64,000 nt of DNA, taken from NCBI GenBank assembly GCA_902384675.1, contig CABMCT010000031.1, forward strand, positions 3,425 to 67,424. The letters run 5' to 3'. The translations under genes and the position numbers were made by a program. Under the pieces are notes generated by a model. That model saw only the letters and a program-made list of their open reading frames with translations. It was not told the origin of the DNA and made no database searches. Each line of letters opens with the position of its first letter. The stretch's first letter is position 1. Origin of the DNA: an uncultured archaeon. Its GTDB lineage: Archaea > EX4484-52 > LFW-46. Below are positions 58,205 to 64,000 of this stretch, one piece after another.

Positions 58205-58897
58205 TTGTTTAGTGGTTACAATGGTGATGTTATGAGTGATAATGACTTCCCTTTATCTGAAATGCAGGATATTCTTCGTAAGTCTCTGGAGCCGGATAAA
58301 ATTTATTCTCCAGACTGGAAAAAATCGGAGTTCGTAGGTTTTGAGGGTACAAATGATTATAAAGAACTCGCTAATATTGTAAAAAAATTAGACGCTGATA
58401 AAGAGAACAACGCTTTTTATAACGCTCTGATTAAAACCCATGATAATTTTTTTAGGGCTTTGGATGCCGGTGAATTTGACCTATTGAAGGAGCGTGCGAA
58501 ATCATCTGATGATCTGGATGAGGCGGGCAGGCGCGCTTTATATGGCGATTGGCAACGGTATATTTCATGGAAAAAAGATGAGGTTATAAGAGACTTTAAA
58601 ACATACCTAATAGAAAGAGATTTCTATAAAAATAAATCCGAAGAGCTTCGGAATCAGTTCTACGATGACTGGAAGTCTTTAGTACTCTTGGGAAAAAGAA
58701 AGGTGTTTAAATATAGCCAATGGATGGAAGTAAATGGGGGAATTAGTAGCTCGCGCGACGATATTTATGATTTTATAGGGTTTGTTAATGAGTGCTATGA
58801 GGACTGTCTTTCCACCAGAACTGCTACAACAAAAACATCCTTGATGGCCGGCAATCGAAGGCATACCGCTTCTAAAAAAGCTCTTGCCAAAGGATAA
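58205..58897 (+). CDS. Hypothetical protein
   Basis: 230-aa ORF. Confidence 0.5.
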   Translation: MFSGYNGDVMSDNDFPLSEMQDILRKSLEPDKIYSPDWKKSEFVGFEGTNDYKELANIVKKLDADKENNAFYNALIKTHDNFFRALDAGEFDLLKERAKSSDDLDEAGRRALYGDWQRYISWKKDEVIRDFKTYLIERDFYKNKSEELRNQFYDDWKSLVLLGKRKVFKYSQWMEVNGGISSSRDDIYDFIGFVNECYEDCLSTRTATTKTSLMAGNRRHTASKKALAKG

Positions 58898-58965
58898 GGA
58901 CGTTGACATATATTCGCAGAAGAAGAAAGAGGTTGGCGGGGTGTAGGAATGAAAAGTGATTTATA

Positions 58966-59226
58966 TCATCTGCGGTAAGCGCTATCATGATTATCTAAAT
59001 CGAGAAAAACCACCGAATCGCTTCTGATTTCAAATAAAAGAACGAATGACTTCATTATATGAACGCGCCTGATGTTTTTCATGTCATAACGCAGTGGCTT
59101 GTAATGTTCCGGATTTTGTATAATTTCGTCGATTTTCTTCATGCAGATTTCGTAGCACTTTCTATCTTTTTTGAATAGTTTTTTCAGAATATCGCGGAGT
59201 TTATCTTCCAGTACCGGCTTATGCAT
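58966..59226 (-). CDS. RelE/ParE-superfamily toxin
   Basis: IIQNPEHYKPLRYDMKNIRRVHIMKSFVLLFEIRSDSVVFLDLDNHDSAY. Confidence 0.75.
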   Translation of the reverse strand: MHKPVLEDKLRDILKKLFKKDRKCYEICMKKIDEIIQNPEHYKPLRYDMKNIRRVHIMKSFVLLFEIRSDSVVFLDLDNHDSAYRR

Positions 59227-59243
59227 AAAATCCGCTCAAAGAA

Positions 59244-59489
59244 TTAGTCTGTTTCAATATCTTTTCTTAGCTCCCGCATATTGTTGTAAGAATGGAATTT
59301 TCCTTCAGCTATTATTTTTTTTATTTTTTCAACATATTCGGGCCTTACTTCATGAATATCGTTGCTCACCGCGTCTATTTCTTCTTCCATAACGCGTATT
59401 TTTTGTTTTAAAAGTATCATTTCCTTTTTTAAACTGTTTAACTGATTTGTATTGACAGACGATCTAATTTTCTTTAATCCGCGTTCCAT
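59244..59489 (-). CDS. Putative cognate antitoxin (coiled-coil small protein)
   Basis: 81 aa directly upstream of the toxin. Confidence 0.45.
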   Translation of the reverse strand: MERGLKKIRSSVNTNQLNSLKKEMILLKQKIRVMEEEIDAVSNDIHEVRPEYVEKIKKIIAEGKFHSYNNMRELRKDIETD

Positions 59490-59534
59490 AAGATCACATA
59501 TTTAATTGAGCAGCATTGCTTAAATATTTTCAAT

Positions 59535-60320
59535 TTAAAGCACCTTAATCACTCCCGGCTTCGGTTCGTAACAAGAACCTTCTTCAAGAAGCTCGTTCAT
59601 TGCGCTTTCTGTGACATTTTCTGGAAGGTTTGCTTTCTCTATTATCGCAGAATATGAAACTCCTTCGCCTTTGTCCAGCTCTCCTATCACTTTGAGAACT
59701 ATTTCCCGGCCTGTTTTGTTGTCAACCGCGACGGCTTCGGTTTCTCCGCCGTCTTTTGCGCTTTCCTCGGCTTCAAGAATTCCCTCGACATCGTTCTCGT
59801 CGATTTTGTGCTTTTCAAACATTTCTTTTTTCAGCTCGTCAACCGGAAGATTCTTGTTCTCAAGCACAAGCTTGCGCTTCTGTGCCCATTTTTTTGTAAA
59901 AAGAAGTATTTCAAGCTTTCGCATGGACTCAAAGTTAGGGTCGCTGACAGGCGCCACAACTTCGGGCACAAGGTATCTTTCGTCGTTATACTCGCGCACT
60001 TTTCCGACAAAATCCACAACGTCGCCCACTTTTACATTTGCAAGCGGGGCTGTGTCCTGGAATGCCTTTGAGCGCACAATTCCCGTGCCGTCGTCAAGCA
60101 CGATGAAGGCGTATTTCTTGTCTTCTGTAATATAGGTATTGATTACTGTTGCAAGAACATGCACGCGCGAAAGCCGCAGGCCGTAATTAGTCAGGACATA
60201 GCTCGGGTTAAACCCTCCCAAAGAAACGAATTTTCCGCTAACAATGTCCTTTATTCTTGCTTTGTATGCCGTCAGCCGGCGCTTTTCTTTTTCAATACGA
60301 ATCACCGTTCGATTACCCAA
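59535..60320 (-). CDS. RPA-like OB-fold ssDNA-binding protein with C-terminal winged helix
   Basis: VHVLATVINTYITEDKKYAFIVLDDGTGIVRSKAF...VKVGDVVDFVGKV OB fold; acidic linker; C-terminal SYSAIIEKANLPENVTESAMNELLEEG. Confidence 0.6.
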   Translation of the reverse strand: MGNRTVIRIEKEKRRLTAYKARIKDIVSGKFVSLGGFNPSYVLTNYGLRLSRVHVLATVINTYITEDKKYAFIVLDDGTGIVRSKAFQDTAPLANVKVGDVVDFVGKVREYNDERYLVPEVVAPVSDPNFESMRKLEILLFTKKWAQKRKLVLENKNLPVDELKKEMFEKHKIDENDVEGILEAEESAKDGGETEAVAVDNKTGREIVLKVIGELDKGEGVSYSAIIEKANLPENVTESAMNELLEEGSCYEPKPGVIKVL

Positions 60321-60400
60321 TATAGAAGATATTCGTCGTCCTATGTTTAAAAAGATAACTGCTGTGGATTGCCGATAGATATGCGACTATCAAGAAAGAA

Positions 60401-60853
60401 TCAGAGCACTAGCTCATTTATCCATGTGTTGATAGGTTTATAGGAACGTTGTTTTACAAGCATTATTTCTGTCAGAAGATTTTCAAATTCAGAAACATAT
60501 TTTTTGGCATCTGCGATATCCGTTTGAACTTTTTCATAGTCCCAAAGCCCATCGCCGTGAACTCTGAAAAAACCGGCTGACCCAACATACGCTTCGGCTT
60601 TGGCTATATAATCTCGCATATCGCTAATTTCATTTTTTATTCCTTCTGTATTCTCGAAATTTGCTCGTCCGGCGCGTAAATTCCTTAGGCATTCCGTGCA
60701 CTCTATCTCGCCTATATATTTAGCATTATTAGCCTTTAACGCTTCATCAAAATAATTATTTTCAATAATGACTTCTTCTATATTTCCATAGCTGACCAAA
60801 TGTACGTTTACCTTCTTTGCTTCATCAGATCTTTTCTTGGTTGTCATAACCAA
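60401..60853 (-). CDS. Hypothetical protein
   Basis: 150-aa ORF. Confidence 0.5.
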   Translation of the reverse strand: MVMTTKKRSDEAKKVNVHLVSYGNIEEVIIENNYFDEALKANNAKYIGEIECTECLRNLRAGRANFENTEGIKNEISDMRDYIAKAEAYVGSAGFFRVHGDGLWDYEKVQTDIADAKKYVSEFENLLTEIMLVKQRSYKPINTWINELVL

Positions 60854-60910
60854 TCAATGACCATCTATCTTTTTAAATCTTTTCTCGCGCTAAGTTGAGA
60901 AGGCGCGTTT

Positions 60911-61864
60911 ATGAAACCCAAGCCCCTTAAAATCGACAACCTCAAGATAGATACGCCGCTTATTCTTGCCCCGATGTGCGATGTTTCGCGCGCTCCGTAC
61001 CGCCTTCTTTGCAAAGAATTCGGCGCAGGGCTGGCATATTCGGAAATGCTTGAGGCAGGAAAATTCAAGATGGACCGAAAGCAGTTTGATGATTTTATTG
61101 AAGAGGAGCGTCCGGTAGGCGCGCAGATTGTCGGCAATAACGCAGATAATATCAAGTCACTGGTCGAATCGATTCAGGATAAGGTCGACATCATCGATTT
61201 TAATGCAGGCTGCTCAAAGCGCAGATACATTGCAAGAAAATGGGGCGGCTGGTTTTCGGGGCATCCGGAAGAGCTTGGAAAAATCCTTTCAAAAACGCGG
61301 GACTTCGTGAATCTTCCCTTGACAGTAAAAGTGCGCCTTGGCATGAACCGGAAAGAGCCTGAGATTTTCCGGATTCTCGAGCTTTGCGAAGATATCGGGA
61401 TTGACGCGATTGCGATTCACGCGCGTTTTGTTGCGCACAATTATCTTGATAAGGCGGACTGGAATCTGCTAAAGAAAATAAAAGATGTTGCAAATATTCC
61501 TGTCATTGCAAACGGCGATATTTTTTCTGCAAAAGATGCGGTACGCGCTTTTCAGGAAACCGGATGCGACGCCGTCATGATTGGCCGCGGCGCGATGGGA
61601 AACCCGTTTGTTTTCAGCGACGCTAAACTCGCGATTGCTGGAAAGGATTATCCCAAAGAGCATTCCCTGGAAGAGCGGCTTTCGGCATTCTCCCGATTTC
61701 TGTCCTATTATAAAAAGTATTCGCAAAAACAGAATTTCGCCGAGATAAAGGCGCAGGCAACGTGGTTTACAGTAGGCGCGCCCGGAACCCGTAAGTTAAG
61801 GGTCGATATACAGAAAGCTAAAAACGAAGATGAACTAATGCATATTTTAAAATTAGGCTCTTAG
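60911..61864 (+). CDS. dus: tRNA-dihydrouridine synthase
   Basis: LILAPMCDVSRAPYRLLCKEFGAGLAYSEM, IDFNAGC, MIGRGAMGNP. Confidence 0.9.
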   Translation: MKPKPLKIDNLKIDTPLILAPMCDVSRAPYRLLCKEFGAGLAYSEMLEAGKFKMDRKQFDDFIEEERPVGAQIVGNNADNIKSLVESIQDKVDIIDFNAGCSKRRYIARKWGGWFSGHPEELGKILSKTRDFVNLPLTVKVRLGMNRKEPEIFRILELCEDIGIDAIAIHARFVAHNYLDKADWNLLKKIKDVANIPVIANGDIFSAKDAVRAFQETGCDAVMIGRGAMGNPFVFSDAKLAIAGKDYPKEHSLEERLSAFSRFLSYYKKYSQKQNFAEIKAQATWFTVGAPGTRKLRVDIQKAKNEDELMHILKLGS

Positions 61865-62229
61865 ATGCATTTATTTAGGCACCTGTATTGCGCGTCTATG
61901 ATGTTGTCGGCTGCTTTTTTATACGTTTGCAGATCAGCATCCAGTCCTCTTAAAAACTGCCTTTGCGCTTCAGTAAGCGGAATTGTTTCGCTGTCTGAAG
62001 CCGCTTTCGGATTGCCTAACAGGTCGGCCACAAACCAGAATATTTTATGAGCGCCATTTTTCCCGTATTTTTTAATCTGCGCTTCAACTTCGGTTTTAAA
62101 GGCTCCATCTCCTTCGATTAATGCATCAAGCGCGCCATTCCATCCGATGAATCTTGCGTCAATCTGATTTTCATACGGCACGTTCCTTTCGTCAGGGCTG
62201 CAATAAATATGCTTTGCAGAGTTTTGCAT
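61861..62229 (-). CDS. Hypothetical protein
   Basis: 122-aa ORF. Confidence 0.45.
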   Translation of the reverse strand: MQNSAKHIYCSPDERNVPYENQIDARFIGWNGALDALIEGDGAFKTEVEAQIKKYGKNGAHKIFWFVADLLGNPKAASDSETIPLTEAQRQFLRGLDADLQTYKKAADNIIDAQYRCLNKCI

Positions 62230-62318
62230 GATGTATAATTTCTTCTGAAATTTAAATACTTTACGGTAGTTACGTAAGTCAATTAATTATTTATAAATTA
62301 CCGGCACCTATTTAACAG

Positions 62319-62867
62319 ATGAAATGCGCAAACTGCCCGACAAAAGAATGTAATCTCGGAAAGGACTGCCTCGGTAATTCGCCAAAATACAAGGCGCTTT
62401 ACACCGGCAAATATTCCGCCATGATAAAATCTTCTGCAGAAGTGATTCGCGAGGCGCACAGCAAGTTAAACAGGCTTGATGAAATAATATTGTTCTCAAA
62501 GAAAATGAATTATACAAAACTCGGTGTGGTGTTTTGTATCGCCACTAAAAGAGAAGCGGAGATACTGGCCAATAAATTAAAAAACGATTTCGAGGTATAT
62601 TCGGTTTGCTGCAAGGTAAATGGCATTGATAAAAAAGACATCGGCACAGTAAACACAATCGACGATAAGAAGGAAGTGAGCTGCAATCCCTGCTGCCAGG
62701 CCGACGTTTTAAATGGGTTGCATACGGATTTGAATATAATACTCGGCTTATGTGTCGGCCATGATATCCTTTTCCAGGCGGGGAGTAAAGCTCCTTGCAC
62801 AACATTGCTGGTGAAGGACAGGGTTAATGAAAATTGCACTTCAAAAATATTTTTACCGAGCCATTAA
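62319..62867 (+). CDS. Cys-rich metal-binding protein (DUF1847-like)
   Basis: N-terminal CANCPTKECNLGKDC; CCKVNG; CNPCCQADVLN. Confidence 0.5.
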   Translation: MKCANCPTKECNLGKDCLGNSPKYKALYTGKYSAMIKSSAEVIREAHSKLNRLDEIILFSKKMNYTKLGVVFCIATKREAEILANKLKNDFEVYSVCCKVNGIDKKDIGTVNTIDDKKEVSCNPCCQADVLNGLHTDLNIILGLCVGHDILFQAGSKAPCTTLLVKDRVNENCTSKIFLPSH

Positions 62868-62881
62868 CCTATTTCTTAAAA

Positions 62882-62953
62882 TGGACTTGCCGGGAATCGA
62901 ACCCGGAGCCTCCGCCATGCCATGGCGGCGTCATACCGTTAGACCACAAGCCC
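62882..62953 (-). tRNA. tRNA-Ala(GGC)
   Basis: GGGCTTG/CAAGTCC acceptor with G3:U70; anticodon arm CCGCC-ATGGCAT-GGCGG; T-arm CCGGGTTCGATTCCCGG; no encoded CCA. Confidence 0.85.
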
Positions 62954-62968
62954 AATAAATTATATCTT

Positions 62969-63439
62969 CTACTCTCCGAACATCACTTTGATTCCGCAGT
63001 TCGGGCAGATTTTCTCATTTGTCTTAAATCCGCAAGCCGTGCATTTTCCTGTCCAGGCAATCTCCCTTTTTATGCCTTCCTGCATTACGCCGGAATATTC
63101 CAATTTCAAGACTTTTGCAAGATTCTGCACGCCGTAATCATCGGTTATTATTACCGCGCTTTTTCCCTTTTTCTTAAAATCAAGGGCAAGCGCAACAATC
63201 AAGACATCTGTTTTTGACAATTTGTCCTGCGTCTTTTCCCGTGCTTTTTCAGCCTCGCCGATGCTTTCTTTTGTCGGCTCAAGTATTTGTAGGCCCGAAA
63301 GCATGAACCTGTCGATTTCAATTGCTGCAGGCGTTGATTTCATCTCCTCTACAACGCCGTAAACAGTGACGCATGGCTTTTCCGCGAATATCGACTGCAT
63401 GCCGTGTAAAAATACGTTTGAATCAAGTATGTAAATCAT
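62969..63439 (-). CDS. Nob1-like PIN-domain endonuclease with C-terminal Zn ribbon
   Basis: MIYILDSNVFLHG PIN start; CTACGFKTNEKICPNCG ribbon. The ORF's upstream 51 codons (63440-63592) are repeat-element DNA. Confidence 0.7.
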   Translation of the reverse strand: MIYILDSNVFLHGMQSIFAEKPCVTVYGVVEEMKSTPAAIEIDRFMLSGLQILEPTKESIGEAEKAREKTQDKLSKTDVLIVALALDFKKKGKSAVIITDDYGVQNLAKVLKLEYSGVMQEGIKREIAWTGKCTACGFKTNEKICPNCGIKVMFGE

Positions 63440-63629
63440 CTCGTTTCGCTCGCGCTCCACTCGAAGCTTTTGAGGATTTTGGGACATAGGGTTCCCGAAA
63501 GCTTGACGCAACGCGTCATGACACCCTTCCCTCAAAATTTGTTCTTTTTGCATGAGATTATAGAGGCGGGAAAATATAAAAACCATTGCCAATTAATAAA
63601 TATATAAACTTATAACACCGTTATATATT

Positions 63630-64000
63630 ATGCCAAAAATCTATATGGACCACGGAGCCACAACTCCTGTTGATACTGAAGTCTTGAAGGCGATGCAGCC
63701 TTATTTTTCAAAGAAATTCGGCAATGCGTCAAGCCTGCACCAGTTCGGTACTGAGGCGGCAGAAGCGCTCAAAGTTTCCCGCAAAACTATAGCGCAAGCC
63801 ATCAACGCGGAAGAGGACGAAATCATTTTCACATCTGGGGGAACGGAATCGAATAATATGGTCCTAAAAGGCATTGCATTCGCCAACAAAGATAAAGGAA
63901 AGCACATAATCACCACGAAAGTGGAGCATGACTGCATTCTTAATGCTTCAAAATGGCTCCAAAATCAAGGATTTGAAGTGACGTATCTTCCTGTCGATAA
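63630..64000 (+). CDS. iscS: Cysteine desulfurase (IscS/NifS-like), 5' part; continues beyond window
   Basis: MPKIYMDHGATTPVDTEVLKAMQPYFSKKFGNASSLHQFG...IIFTSGGTESNNMVLKG...HIITTKVEHDCIL. Confidence 0.85.
   Translation, partial: MPKIYMDHGATTPVDTEVLKAMQPYFSKKFGNASSLHQFGTEAAEALKVSRKTIAQAINAEEDEIIFTSGGTESNNMVLKGIAFANKDKGKHIITTKVEHDCILNASKWLQNQGFEVTYLPVD

Overview
This 64-kb window is from an archaeal chromosome, possibly a small-genome or DPANN-like lineage. The archaeal call rests on hallmark genes (ABCE1/RLI, FEN-1, RpoE'/Spt4, S24e, S27ae, RtcB, H+-PPase, Nob1-like), GGAGG-type leaders and tRNAs with non-canonical introns. The window is gene-dense housekeeping sequence with unusually many toxin-antitoxin modules: HicAB, two MNT/HEPN pairs, a RelE-like toxin and an AbiE-like NTase pair. 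Four regions stand out.
(1) An accessory island at about 13.0-24.4 kb lies next to a tRNA-Asp-like gene. It contains a Ced/Ted-like putative DNA-translocation module (small membrane peptide, 6-TM protein, 716-aa HerA/VirB4-like ATPase). It also holds a ~100-bp promoter/leader repeat shared by three genes, a 63-bp-periodic micro-ORF array and 1.75 kb of ORF-free DNA.
(2) A minus-strand operon at 43.2-53.6 kb appears to make an aminosugar polymer or conjugate. Its genes are a processive GT2::GNAT fusion, a 1263-aa surface protein with a CE4/NodB domain, a DegT aminotransferase, an ATP-grasp enzyme, a PHP phosphoesterase, a PIG-L deacetylase and a 3D-domain protein.
(3) A dispersed ~100-bp hairpin repeat family has more than 15 copies. 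One copy lies in-frame inside a hemK-like gene, one inside a tRNA intron, and several fused to gene 5' ends, where they supply an ATG and an N-terminal extension.
(4) A tRNA-Arg(UCU) is apparently split by two non-canonical introns.
All calls are by eye from sequence and ORF translations; no searches were run.
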